Shown piece by piece: positions 24,701-37,939 of a DNA stretch of 64,000 bases (within the stretch, counting starts at the first letter, position 1; every line of letters starts with the position of its first letter). This DNA is from Dicyema japonicum (taxonomy: Eukaryota; Animalia; Dicyemida). The stretch is from contig RDEW01000050.1 of assembly GCA_011109175.1 (NCBI GenBank), forward strand, positions 88,694 to 152,693. Direction: 5' to 3'. The notes under the pieces are model-generated. The model ran no database searches. It was not told the origin of the DNA and worked only from the letters and a program-made list of their open reading frames with translations. The position numbers were made by a program, and so were the translations under genes.

Positions 24701-26887
24701 AATGACCTCACTGTTCGATCTTCTATGAATCCGTGTTTTTCCGTCGGTAACCTGAGACAGTATGGTGGGCAATTTCTATAAACATTATCGAAACACGCTC
24801 AAAGTAGATTTACGGGTATATGTTCAGATTATAATGAAGACTCTAGAGACTATACGAGTATATATTGGTTGGTCACGTTGAATGGTTGTGATTATAGAGA
24901 TGGTATTGAAGATGTTGTTTTTATAAGAGTTTTAGCAAAGGAATTGAAGAAAAGAAAACTTAACAACAACAGAAACAACAGAGCACCAAATCTCACAAAA
25001 TTTAAAACGACTGACAAGTTAATATATTTGGAGATATCTGAACCTTGTCTTTACCATGACCTGTAGTACAAATTCCCGTTAGTTCTTTAAAATTTCACGA
25101 ATTGAAATGATCTCATGTTTATTTTGTTAATTAAGTTTATTCGCACATAGGAACAATACTTTTATTTTAATGACAAAGTTTTTTTTGATTTTTTCGTTTT
25201 CGGGTTTTCCGTGATTTATTTGATTAAACTTATAACTCGGGCAACCACAAATATGACCTAAAAATGATTGAAATACCTTAAAATATGACCTTGTTAATTT
25301 CGTGTAGTTAATGTTTTTAAATTAATTTCAATCAAATTTATTGAAATAAAACATCAAATAATTTTTAACATTTTCATCATTAAAGTTTTTATTTTTTCGA
25401 GCATTTAAATTAACATGGAAAAACTTTGTTCTTCCAAAATAGCTGTTCCAAGATACTTTCATAAGTTTTCAAAAAATGCTGGAAACAATCTTTTATTTTT
25501 GCATTTTTGATATCTTGTAATGGCATTTTACTTGTCCTTTTTTCAAGATATACTTTGATATCACACGGACCTTGTTCAAATTTGATGGAATCTATAAATT
25601 TTATTGCATTTATTTTGGTAAAAATTATCTTGGTATTTTCTTATGTCCAGAATAATTGGACGGTAGGTTGAAATCAAATTTGCCTAATTTTTAGTTAAAT
25701 TTTTTTTATGAATATTAAGATTTATTATTAGGAAACATGAGTAGTTAATTACTGAATCCAGCGGATATAATCGAGTGGCTGTTACTCTGACTACTGCCAG
25801 GGATATCCTTTAGAAAAGCCACTCGGTTTCCCGACGCTCCCTCGAGGCTTTGGTCAATAGACACCCAAGTGCTCTAAGGAAAGAGATTGTCTTGGGGCCA
25901 AAGACTCCGCTCGTCTCGACGACCACTGGCTGTACATGGACTGATTGTATTGGGGCTTTACCGTTTAGTTAAATTATCTGATTGTATTGGGGCTTTACCG
26001 TTTTCCACAATTTTTCAATCATCTGTAAACAATTTCAGATATTTTGTACTATATTCTTTGTATAATAATTTGCATCATCCAACCAACTTTTCCAAGGAAA
26101 TCCAATCTCTTCAAATAAGTTCTGGAAAGATTGATCTTCATAGATGATAGTTGTATCACACCGTAATTTTATTACAATCAAACATGTAATCATAGAATTT
26201 TCAACAGTCCCAACTATAATATTTACAAAATACCTTTTTGAATTTGGGGCTCTCCACAATTAAATATACATTTCTACTAATTCTTTAATTCTCGTGATTT
26301 TATTTGAAATAAGTGAAGGTACCAAATTTTGACAGGAACTTTCACTGGGAATTTTAGATCTCAATTTTTTAAAGAAATCAATAAAGTTAGTGTTGCGATT
26401 TTTGTATAATTGAATATTCCGTTTGGTCATCATTTCGCCCAATTCCATTCCAAACTCTGAATGTGGAAATAATTTTTTGAACTTATACGAATTTCTCAAA
26501 TCTGAACACTTGTGTTTCATTGTTTGACGGTGTTGTTCCACGTTACAGTTTTTACTAAATACATTTTAGACCAGAGGTTTACAGAAAATAATGCTCGCGG
26601 CACACTATATGCTAACGTGAAACAGTGTTATTTGACAAAGGTATTTTCATTATTTTTATTCATATTTATGACCAAACATAGTCCGAGCAATGATACGAAA
26701 AGCAGGGATTATCAAGTATCTCCAATGGTATGAGGTTTCAGTTCTTTTGTTATCAATTCAGATATGAACATTTCAATGATTCCGTTGAGCTCACAAAAGT
26801 ATCACTATACAACATTTGACTGGATCTACAATACATAGTAAAAACTAACATAAAATAATCCACAGATTTTTTAAAATAGGTTATTAA

Positions 26888-27062
26888 AAACGGTTTATCC
26901 TTCCACGATGTGAGCTCGCAAATGGATGATTTAATTCTACACGACAGGACCGCGGAACAAATTTTTATTGATCTTATTAATGAGTCAGAACATCTTATTC
27001 TAATCAACATTTACATTCCACCGCCGGGATCCTGTCCTAATAACTATGTTCCGAAGCTCGAA
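26888..27062 (+). repeat. High-identity copy of the APE segment 5335-5508 of the Vingi-like LINE
   Basis: Direct sequence match; both reverse ORFs begin MLIRIRCSD. Confidence 0.85.
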
Positions 27063-28900
27063 AATTGATATGAAGAATCCCTCTTTTTGGAAATGCTATC
27101 AGTGTCCGAAGTCGGCAGCAGAAAAAATTATATTTAATAAACCAGACGGGGGAGTATGCATGACGGAGGAAACACCTTCGATATTCAGGGATCAGCTCCA
27201 AAAAATTCAGGGTGTGATCCGTGGAGTTTGATCCCTGATGAACAAAAGAAGGTGTCTGCCGATATATAGAAACAGTCCGACGAAAAACTTCCTATTGCTG
27301 ATATCACTGTCAGCGTCTTGGAAGTGATGACGGCTATCAGGGAATGCAAGGTCAATTCTCCAGGATATGACCACAAATAATGAAACTTATCAAAGAGAGT
27401 CCGGATGTTTCATTTGACTATCTGCGATATCTTTATGATGGGTGTTTACGACTTGGCCACCTCCCTTTATTTATTTTTTATTATTTATTTATTAACCCCG
27501 GATACACCGAGAAAGAAGTTAAAGTAACCAACTAATTAAGTGCATCCAGTTTCCACTTCTACAGAAACAGAGTCCATCCTGAATCAGCATAAAGGGTAAG
27601 ACGTCCATTACATGCAGTTGTGGAAACCCCTCCAGTGGAGTGGGGAAAAGCAAATGATCCTTTTTCATGCCGGCCTGGCACTGGGCGTCACCTAGACAAG
27701 TGGCCACCTCCCTTTAATATGGAAGAAAGCTGTTGTGAGGATGATTCCAAAACCAGGGAAGCCAAAGAGAGATCCGACAAGCTACAGACCAGTAATCTTA
27801 ATATGTTCTTTCGCGAAAGTGATTGAACGTATCATTTTCAAAAGTCTAAGCAGACAAATAGAAGAAAACGACTTTCTGATTCCGGAGCAGTGGGGTTTTC
27901 GTCCCGAAAAAGGCTGTGCAGACTGTGTCTTTCTACTGAATTCTGAAATAATGAAAGCAAAGGATTCCAAGGGGCAAATAGACTTATTATGTCTTGATAT
28001 CTCGAAAGCATTCGACAGTGCATGAAGCGTTGTTAAAGTAGCTTGTGTCAGCATGTGCTCCAAGATACCTATTTGTTTGGCTAATTATCTTCAGGAAAGA
28101 CAACATTTTGTGAAGGTGTGTGGAAATATATCTGATGCAATATTATTCAAGAGGGGAGTACCACAAGGTTCAGTAATGAGCCCTATTTTGTTTAATATAT
28201 TCATGACGAGTTTTCCACGTCCGAGAAATATTAATACTAGTCTTCTTATTTATGCGGAATACGTAATTGTGGTGGACACATCCCTAAAATCTTCTATATC
28301 TGAAGGAAGAATCCGGGAGTATGTGGACCAGATTGAGCAATGGTGCAACATGAAAGGGTTAATGCGCACTCCGAATAAGCAACGTGAAAAACCACCTGAA
28401 ATAAGAATACACACTTGAGTAAACAATGCACACAGTCTGCGCTACTTGAAGGTCAATCTATGGACACGCAGAAAATTACATAAACGACATAAAGGAAAGG
28501 AGAAAGAGAGCTTTTCAGTCGCTCCTATGTACACGGAAGTTACACGTTAGCCGTAACACCTACCTGTTCATCTTCAAGGGAGTTATTCTCCCTAGCCTAC
28601 TTTATGGGTGCGAGGAATGGTTCTTCTCTCCGAAGAGGGAGAAGATCTTATCCATCCTAGAGAAGACTAGAAGAGCTGCAATTAAGCTCTCCTTAAACAA
28701 GAAACTGAAAGACTGTCTAAACGAGGACGAAAACAAGCTGTTAGAACCGATTAGCAGGATTGTGGAGGATCGGATCAATGGTTTCAAGAGGAGATCAAAG
28801 ATCCAGGACACGTATATAAAGCTGGGAGAAACGTCCTGGAAAATTTAAAAGGGAGGAAGGGTCCAGGTGTGGAGTCCAAGCCTTATGGTAGGACTCAGAT
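27063..28900 (+). mobile_element. Decayed Jockey/I-like LINE (RT region)
   Basis: SYRPVILI, EQWGFR, LDISKAFDS, GVPQGSVMSPILF; interrupted by 27470-27700. Confidence 0.75.
27470..27700 (-). mobile_element. 5'-truncated subfamily A element inserted in a LINE
   Basis: Perfect 16-bp TSD tggccacctcccttta at 27454-27469 and 27701-27716; (TAAA)n tail. Confidence 0.9.
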
Positions 28901-29244
28901 GTAATACCCTCCAGAAAACCCCTTAACTCTTTTGTTAATAAATAGTTATTATTATTTCTGCTGCCCGGGGCGAGTGTATGACAATAATGGCCCTCATAGC
29001 TGACTGAATCGTAGTAAGTAAATTATGTTGTCATTCATGAGAATGAATAAATAAAAGATCATGTAAGAGTGAGGTGTATCATTATTTAATTTATTATACA
29101 AAGTCACTTCCATGTCCAATCGGTCCTTTGCTGTCAACAAAAGTCTGTATCACAGCCTCTTTCACCTTTCTTGTCATGAATTCTCTTCAAAAATAAACTT
29201 GACAGCGCACTCGAATGTGTTATATCTCATACAGCATCGCTCCT

Positions 29245-30962
29245 ACCTGTTGGGAATCTTGCGGAATTTTCGATTTCTGCAGGAAATTTGAGGCGGTAGT
29301 GAGACATCTCCCTGATTGGAAAACGACCGGGGTAGATAAAATTTATAATTTCTTTATCAAAAGTTCACTTCATTGCACGAGTCTATGCGTCGTGTATTAC
29401 ATAAAAGCATTACTAACCCGGAAACGATTCCTGATTGGGCCTGCATCGTGACAACTTATTTGATCCCAAAGCTGGACAACCCCCAGTCTGCTGCAGATTA
29501 TAAACCGATAACCTGCATGCCAACCCTGTATAAACTGATGACCAAATTGGTGGCTAATTAGGTCAAGAGCTTTGTAGAAGCAAATGGAATTCTTTCCGAG
29601 AATCAGTTGGGTACTGTGCGAAATTTTCAAGGGGAAAAAGAGCAGGCTTTGATCAACAAGTGCCTTTCTGTGTCTCACGGAAACTCACTTTTGTCTATGT
29701 GGGTGGATGTGAAGAAGGATTACGATTCAGTTGATCATTCTTACCTTGTCGAGTGCCTACACAGTCTGTGTATACCTGTGTGGTTCATCAGCTTTGTAGT
29801 GGCTGTGATGAATAGGTGGAGTATTTATCTGAACTATAATAGGCACCGGATATGCGAGGTAAAACTCAAGAGGGGGATCCTTCAGGGGGATAGCATGTCT
29901 AAGCTGCTCTTTGTTCTATGTTTGGGGCCATTGAGTTGCTGCCTCAATGACCGGTTTGAGAAAATACCGGTTCATTGAGAGAGGGTTTGTTTCAGTACAA
30001 ATCACCTTCTTTTTATCGATGATTTGAAGATGTATGCTCGAACAGCTTAGGAGTTCTACTCCATGGTGGTCTGTGCTAGGGAATTCTTTGAGAGTATAGG
30101 ACTAGATTTGAATTATTTAGAGGCTGCGACTAACACGCAAGTATGTAGCGAGTTAGTAAAATAAGTATGCTGTCTCGTTGCTAAACTACTACATAGGTGT
30201 TGAGCCAAAAAGTATGATGAGATGGATGTTATGATCCGTGGAGTAGTCAGAGAGAACCATGTCCATGTTCTGGAAGCCAATAAGGAGAGACTATATTTAC
30301 CCCGTGATAAATTCGGCCGTGGACTGTGTGGAGTAGTCCAACTAAGTGAGCGTATCCTTATGCGAATACACGACACCCTGATAGCTGGGTCAAGTGTGTC
30401 TGCTAGGAAGCACGCCATAATAACGACCGAGAAAAAAAGGGCAACCCACCTAGGCACTATCAGACCTTTTTTGTCTGCTAAGTATGGTGTTGATGATGGT
30501 GGGCTAGTAAATGTGAAGGCGTTGATCAAACTACAATATAATAATTTGATGAAAAGATCAGCTTAAAAAGCCTTCATAAGGTCCTCTTCAGAGCATTGGA
30601 CAACCCACATGTCGACCTTAAGTCGTCGACAATATTGAGGCGCTGCACACGTATATGCAAGACCGCAATATTTTTTGGGGTCGATCAACAAATACATGTC
30701 CCCACTGTAAGTCAAGGAGCATGTCGGTTGATCATTTAGCCACTCGGTGCGGATCCATGCTCTGCCAGACTATGTGTGGAGGCATAACGAGTAGTAAGGA
30801 GTCTTCATCTTCTACTATGCAATAAGTATTCGCCACACCAGAAAGTTGCGGACTCATAAGGTGCAATCTGTAGTAGAGAACACCAGGGTCCAAATTAAGG
30901 TAGACAGTGTTATCCGTACCTCGGTGCTAGTCAAACACAATAAACCAGACATTGTGGTACAC
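29245..30962 (+). mobile_element. R4/Dong-like RLE non-LTR retrotransposon, 3' part
   Basis: YKPITCMPTLYK, VDVKKDYDSVDH, RGILQGDS, NHLLFIDDLK, RLYLPRDKFGRGL, CPHC..DHLATRC, HNKPDIV. Confidence 0.8.
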
Positions 30963-31170
30963 CTGTGATTCTCAACCGTGGTATATGTGCACCATTTTTG
31001 GTACATGAAAAATACTCGAATGGGCATGGAAGAAAAATTGGTACATGGTATTATTTTTTAAATATTTTTCATTATCAGTAATTAGTTCATTACCATGGTT
31101 AACCATTATCATTTGATACCTAAAATACTCGTGTCAATCACATGTCTGGTGGTAATTCTCGTACTCCTCG
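30963..31170 (+). mobile_element. Solo terminal segment of the 14468-16614 hAT family
   Basis: TIR CTGTGATTCTCAACC; inverted match to 16065-16614 without the nested retroposon. Confidence 0.85.
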
Positions 31171-31779
31171 GATATTAGGTGGAAAGGAATTGCAACAAAG
31201 TACCACAAGGGTTATCTGAAGCAGTTGGGGGTAGATAGGAAGCTCCAGGCTATCTACAGTCCACTGTATTAGAGCGGACCCTAGAGAGCCTGACACTGGA
31301 GTATAGGAGGCAGAGCCCAGAGATGTCATATGGGCAGAGGGTTCAATTGGACAAGGCGCTCTCGGAGTTGTTTCAGCAAACAAAATCGAACCTGCCTGAG
31401 GAGGCTGGCGAACAGGCAGACGAGGAAATTGTTGATTATTAAATATTATTTTTTTATTGGTGGTTAAATAAAATGGGGTTTCTTTATCAGAACTAATCTT
31501 CCGTGATTAGAAATTATTATAAATGCGGCCCTCGAAGTGAAATGAGTTTGACACTCCTGGGCTACACCTACTAAGAGATATACTTAAGAGGAGACAAATA
31601 TCAGTTTTGTTTAAATGTTAATTCCATGACTTGGAGAGAAACTCTATTGTATGTCTTTGGAAAGCAAGAATTCTGAAAGCTGTTATTCTGAAGAAAACAC
31701 ATATGGCCAATGCATCATTGGTTTTACTTCTACAGGTTCATCATAAATCTATAATAAAAAAAGAATTAAATAGCATTGG

Positions 31780-33620
31780 GATCCCTGTGACTGATGTTTT
31801 TTGACCAAAGATTCGATATCTGGCACTATTTGTGATGTTTTTAAACGAATATCTCCTCTAATGGACACATCAATCTGTTTCATTCTTTATTTACAATTCG
31901 ATGTAGAATGCTAAATCCGCATTCAACACAGTATGATGTCGGAAAATAGAGTAGCAATTGTGCTATTTCTGTCCACAATTTTGGATAACTCTCTTTCACT
32001 TTCATATTTTGCCAAAAAAATAAAAAGTGATTGTGAATCATTATAATATAGTTTTAATTCTGGATTGAATTTTAACATAATTCCTCTTGAATATTTTTTT
32101 TGTTCTTCTGGCTTTGACAAAAACGGATTAATCATCCAATATGGAATTTCTAATTCAAGAATATCTTGAATCAAATATTTTTTTCAAGAATAAAATTTTG
32201 TTCTATATTTAATAAATGTTGCAAAAAGTTGTTAATATCTTCATCAAATGTTTGACCAATTGAGTGGAATTCGGGAATGTTATAATAATTTCTTTTTTTC
32301 CAAGTTATATTTATATAACTTAATTTTTTCGATAAATATTTGAATAATTCTTTTACAATCTATTAACGTCACATACTTTCCCTGAAGTTGTAATTAAATT
32401 TCATTAAATTTTCCAAAGTCAAATAAACAATTTCTTTTTCTTTTTCGATACAATTAAATCTGCTAAATTTTTGTCACCCTCAAAAAAGAAAATTTACGAT
32501 TGTGTAAATAATATTGAAAATAGTTCTAATGCATTTCCCTTTGATAGCCACGTACCTATAAAATAAAATTGGAAACTATAACCTCAGTGTGAAGCACAAG
32601 ACGGACATATGTTTCTTTAGCCTAAGCAAAATTTTCTAAAAGATGATCATACTTGCTTTAATTTTGTTTATGATTTTAATAACTATATTTAACGTTTCAT
32701 GTAGAATTGGCGAAAGAGCTTTTGAATCCAAATGTTGTCTATGTAGAACGCAATGTATATGAATCACATTTGGACATATTTTTTTCAAATATGCCGCAAA
32801 TCCTTTATATTTTCCAACCATAAACATTGCACTATTTGTGGTACAGAAACCATATTTTCATATAAATCTTCTTGTCATCCAAAAATAATTTGACTACGGA
32901 AAAAATAGAAAATCATGTCGTATCAGTTCCAAATATTTGACGAATAATAAATCTTATGTAAGAAGAGCATGATCGTCAAAATATCTTAAAGGGTAAGCTT
33001 CTAATAAGATTAACCTGACATATCCCATTAGAATTGATTGGTTGTCACATATATGACTTTCGTCAATTTGAAGCGAAAAAAATAGTATTTTTAAGCCTTT
33101 CACATAAAATATGTTCAACATTATCTGACATTTCGTCAATCCTGCAGCGAATTGAATCATTGCTAATTGGTACGTTTTTAAAATTTCGTCGGGATTTAAA
33201 CCCATCAGATCTGATAGAATCCTGATATAGATGGTTTATGAGCTTTTCACCAGAAACATGGGAACTCTCATTTTTGGCAATAATCATTGCAATTTTATAG
33301 GATGCAATTAGTCCTCCTAAAAATAATTTAAAATAACAACTATTGTTTCTTTCATTACTATTTGTGAAAACACTGTCAATCGTTTTTTGTTTACCGAAAG
33401 AATCCTTTAATTCTTCAAAATACTCTAATGGTTTATCTTTTTTATCCGAATATTTTCTCCTAAGAGATACAACAATTTAAACGGTTTCATTGCATCATTT
33501 GATAATGACTTATTACACAGTAAGCAATATGGTCTATTCTCAAAAAAATTTTTTATAAATCCAAATGCCAATATTCATTTTTAATTGACGAATTTTTATT
33601 GTAGAAAGACGACTCATACA
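31780..33620 (-). mobile_element. Second Buster/ZBED5-like hAT transposase relic
   Basis: GLIASYKIA, FSLQIDES, IHIHCVLHRQHL, VLHTE/VRWLSKG; frameshifted; contains tiny introns. Confidence 0.8.
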
Positions 33621-33980
33621 CGAACAAAAACAAACATGGTAATTTTAAAAATTTGAAGAACAAAGGTTTACTACTTTAAAAATAAACTAACTTAATTTAA
33701 AATGAAAAAAATTAACTATATTAGATAACATTAAAAAATTATTTACTTAGATAACATTATGATCTATTTGACTAAGTCTATTGGATTGACCAAAGAACTA
33801 ATGAAAATGATTCTGATGTTATTGCACTTTGACAAATATATTAAATTATTGATAGAGTATATTCCACACCTCATGTAAATCAACTGAGTTCACTAAACAC
33901 AATCTAGTTATCTTTACCATCACAAAAAATCCAACTAACATTTAATATAAATTATTCCAAACGCATATTTAATAGAAAAG

Positions 33981-35386
33981 TTACTTCTTCTTTAAAACCT
34001 CCAAAAACTTCTTCATATCAGCCAAAGACATCTCCTCAGCCTCAACTTTAGTACCAGGATTAATGGATGTAACATCAATTGGTTTCCTCTTAATAGGCAA
34101 ACTCAACATATTCTCCACCACCCGCTTTGTCTTCACAGGGACTATGCTCGGGGAAGGCATCACTGGTTTTACTTCTACAGGTTCATCAGACTCCACGGAT
34201 TCGACTTCTTCTTTACGAGTTATCTCTTCGATCTCCTTTACAAGACCCTCATCCCCCGAAGACAACTTCACAGCCTCATCAAAGCACTTTTTAGCCCGTT
34301 CCGTCTTCCCCTTTGCCCAAAGACTGAATAACTAAAACACAAGTTGTTACATTCGTCCCTTCTCAGCCACAGCCTCCCAACAAGCAGCATATATCCCAAC
34401 GCATATTCCACGCATTTTAAGGCATCCCTGAGTTTTCTTTGTTCTCTGTACCGTTTAGCCCGTCGAACACTGAAGGATTATTAAAATCCATCACCTTTGA
34501 AGAGCACAAGCCATGTCCTGTTGATCCCGTAGAGACTGAATAGTCACATTCTTCAGTTCAGATCCGTTCCTCAGCGAACCGTCATTCCAGAAGGGACTCT
34601 TGTGAATGCACATCAAGTCCTATGAGAGTGAAGACTGCGTCGATTCCCTTCCTGTTTTTTAAACTCAATCGAGTCTTCAAGACTTCTTATAAAGCTACTT
34701 TCCGACTTTTTTCTATTTTCAGCAAAATAACTGAAACCTGTAATATTTTGGGAGTTCATACTCATCGACTTTGCCCTTATATATTAAATAAAATAAATAC
34801 AAGTTTTCTGTTGTTTAAAATCAAATCGGGGGAGGTTCGCTCGAACAGTGAAAGGTAAATGGTTTTGTCGATGACACTAAGGACAGCCGCCCTTATAAAG
34901 TCTCCAACTTTCAGATTGTCATCAATCATGTAGTAATCAGGGATTTCATCAAATTTACAAAAAGCCTTAAAAATTAATATTGTCAATGCAATTTAGTTTT
35001 AAAAATAAATACATTTAAAATAAATAAAATTAACTTTTATGTTTAGTTGTGCTAAGTCACGTGGTTCTTCATCACAAGTGGCGACCACGTTCAGTGTGAG
35101 CTGATCATAGCCTATAAAAGTCACATGTCCGTAAAGAATAGTTCCATTTGTTATTGTCTTGATAATAATAATAGTTTTTACCTTGTAAAACATGTTTAGC
35201 CTTTCAAAATTGGTTATATTAGCAAAGGCCTCAATGGGTGGTAGTTTAGAGTAGAAATCTAGTATTCATTATTAACAATCAACCATCTGTGAGGTCTTTC
35301 ACTTCAAAAACATCGTTTTTTGAGATAAGCCTGCTTATGTGCGGCTTTTTGGCAGCAATGATATCTTCAACCACGTCGCCCCACAT
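33981..35386 (-). CDS. TTC14: TTC14-like S1 + TPR protein
   Basis: YSKLPPIEAF, RDLAQLNIK/AFC, GDFIRAAV, KLGKVDEYELPKYY and SLRDQQDMACAL are colinear with TTC14 as I recall it; several 1-nt frame discrepancies. Confidence 0.75.
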
Positions 35387-35699
35387 AAATCTAAATTAAT
35401 AATTTTTATTATTTAAATTAAAAATATAATCCTAAATTAAGAGAATAATATACACAATTATTTTTACAGTCTGAGATTACTTTGTATAAATAATTCACTG
35501 TTATTATAATGGTTTTCAAGTTTTAGGATTAATTCTACTTGAGATAACTTATTATTTTTTTCTAAAAACAGTTTCTAACAAGTATATTGGAAAATCTAGA
35601 TGTGAATAATAATCAATGCCATCATGTTGTAGGAATAATATAAAATAATAAATGTTTTTTAATTATTTGAAAAGAACTTCGGTTTACGGGAACGTACAT

Positions 35700-37016
35700 T
35701 GATAACCAGGTGTTTAGAGAATGTATTGAAACTGATCGCAGCGTAATGTTTCAAAGTAGGTCAGGGTGTATATGACAAATGTGTTCTGGAGAAGGGATAC
35801 CGGTTCCATTTGCATCTTCCAACCCTGATTTAATTTGTTTTAGTGTTTTTCAGAATTGATGAGATGAACTTTTCCCGTTGAGGGGATTGACCAAGTGACG
35901 CCATTTCTGATCCTGATGGTCTTTTATTCTGTGGTTGATACTTTTATTTGGTTGTTTGATAGATTTCAAGTCCATCGGATGACATTTTTTCATTTAGTTT
36001 CTTCGTTTTATGAGTGTAAGTGTCAGGGAATTAATGGTATAAAATTCGTGTATGATGAAAGAGGAATAAATATGTTGTCAGCTTTTGATCGTCCACACTT
36101 ATGATTTTGCGGCTTCATCTATCGAACGTATATGGGATGATAGTTTTTTGACGAATTCCGAGTCAACGAAGTCAGAGAAGCCAGACCAGTCAACCTTCTT
36201 ATAGTTCTTGAAACTTTTCACTTCGGTCTGGAATGTCCGGCGTCTCCGAAATCCTCGTAACATAAGAAGGATGGAATTATGGTCGCTAGAAAAACCATAA
36301 TTCACATCCCATGTAGTGATTCCTGCTAAAGAGGGTGAACATAAGGTTAAATTAGAAGTGCAGCTCTCAGTGCTTCTTAAAAGGGTTCTTGTGTGTAATT
36401 TAGGTCATTCAGGATAATCATATCAATAAGACCATTTGCGATGAACTCGCCTTGGTTGTCAGAAGACTGTGAAGGAAGCCAAATGGGGTGTCGGGCATTT
36501 AGATCGCCACATATTATAACGTTTTTGAGTACTGAGAGGCGTGGTATATTTGGGGTGTAGGATTTTGCAGGATTCTTGTGGTGGAATATATAGGTTAATC
36601 AAATTGATCTAAAAAGACGGGTACAGCTCCATTTTTATGGTGATCTGCTCCATGGTATCGTCTGAGTCTAAAAGATCTGAAGTCCGTCGACTCACGTCAA
36701 TGAAGGGTATACAGTTCTTTATAATTGTGAGTAGTCCTCCACCTGGTCTTCCCTGGCGGTCCTTGTGAATTACCGGTAGGCATATTAATCGATATTTTCC
36801 ATGGTTTTCATCGAGATAGTACGTAATTTTGGTCTCTTGTATACAGCCAATAGAAATGTTGTATCTTTCTAGGTCATCACAGAGAGTATTTCTTGACTGA
36901 GGCTTAGATGTCCTTCTAGCATTGAACGTAAGAAGCTTTAGGGCAAGCATATTCTTTTGTATCTTTTGCTTTTTAGACATTTTTCTTAACCTTTGTACAG
37001 ATAAGAAACGAGGCAT
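35700..37016 (-). mobile_element. Decayed APE-LINE; RTE-like N-terminus joined to a Vingi-like APE
   Basis: LTFNAR..CIQETK, GGGLLTII, GDLNARHP, SDHNSI, NYKKVDW. Confidence 0.65.
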
Positions 37017-37176
37017 GTCACCACCTCACCAACAAAAAAATGTTACTGTTCTTTACAATGGACAGACGATGGCACATTATTGACATTTAATTTTAAAATA
37101 ATAATTTTTCACTAAATGATACAATGTATTTTAATTTAAATATAAGCAACACGTAAATTAATCGTTGTGTGTCAAT

Positions 37177-37432
37177 ATGGACCAACTTTCCGAACTTTTT
37201 AAACCACTAAACAAATTTTACGTGGACTCCCGTCGTTTTCTAAATAAATGTGGAAAGACCAGATGGAAAAGGTTTAAACTTAATCATAACTTCAGAATTT
37301 CGAAAAATAACCTACGCCACCTTAATAGGCTTTGCAATAATGGGAATAATCGGATATCTCGTCAAAATCATTCATATTCCAATTAATAACATCATTGTGT
37401 AAGTCACGTGGTTAATTTTTAGTGGACATTGA
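37177..37432 (+). CDS. SEC61G: Sec61 translocon gamma subunit
   Basis: [50 protein letters not shown]; two 24-nt introns; one extra base near 37252. Confidence 0.92.
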
Positions 37433-37939
37433 CTTAGATTTTAGTTATTTTGTTTGTTCCTCTAAAATAAAATTATTTAATTTTTAAAGTCCCACATACC
37501 CTCACGTAAATACAAAATAGTTTTCATATTTAACAACGGGGTGAAATTTTTGAGTATAAACTTATCGTTAATGGTGGAATAGGATTTGATATGAGATATA
37601 TAGACACAGATGTTGGTCGGGGATTTTAACTTGTGACTTGTTTGCTTACCCTTACCATCAATTCACGTGATCCAGACATTAGAATTAACATATTCCACTA
37701 TACCTTCAGTTACCTAATAACTTTGTTAATTGACTCCCGTCTCTTTAACTTGTACTAAGCCAGTGGCTACTGAGCATTATTACCCAAGGATCACCAGGTT
37801 AAATTTGAGAGCGCTCAAAAACTAACTCCGGACCGACGAGGATAGGCTGACGGGCATCATGTGTTACCCTTTTTATTAGGGACGATATAATCTCGTATTT
37901 TGATTGTTTAAAGTTATTTAAAAATGATTTTGTTTAAGG

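Noticed and set aside
25941-26003. 26-bp direct repeat with a short spacer (similar pair at 10388-10488)
   Set aside because: Only two units in eukaryotic TE debris; a local duplication, not a CRISPR array.
26000-26560. Possible MULE-like transposase fragments
   Set aside because: Too degraded to show diagnostic catalytic motifs.
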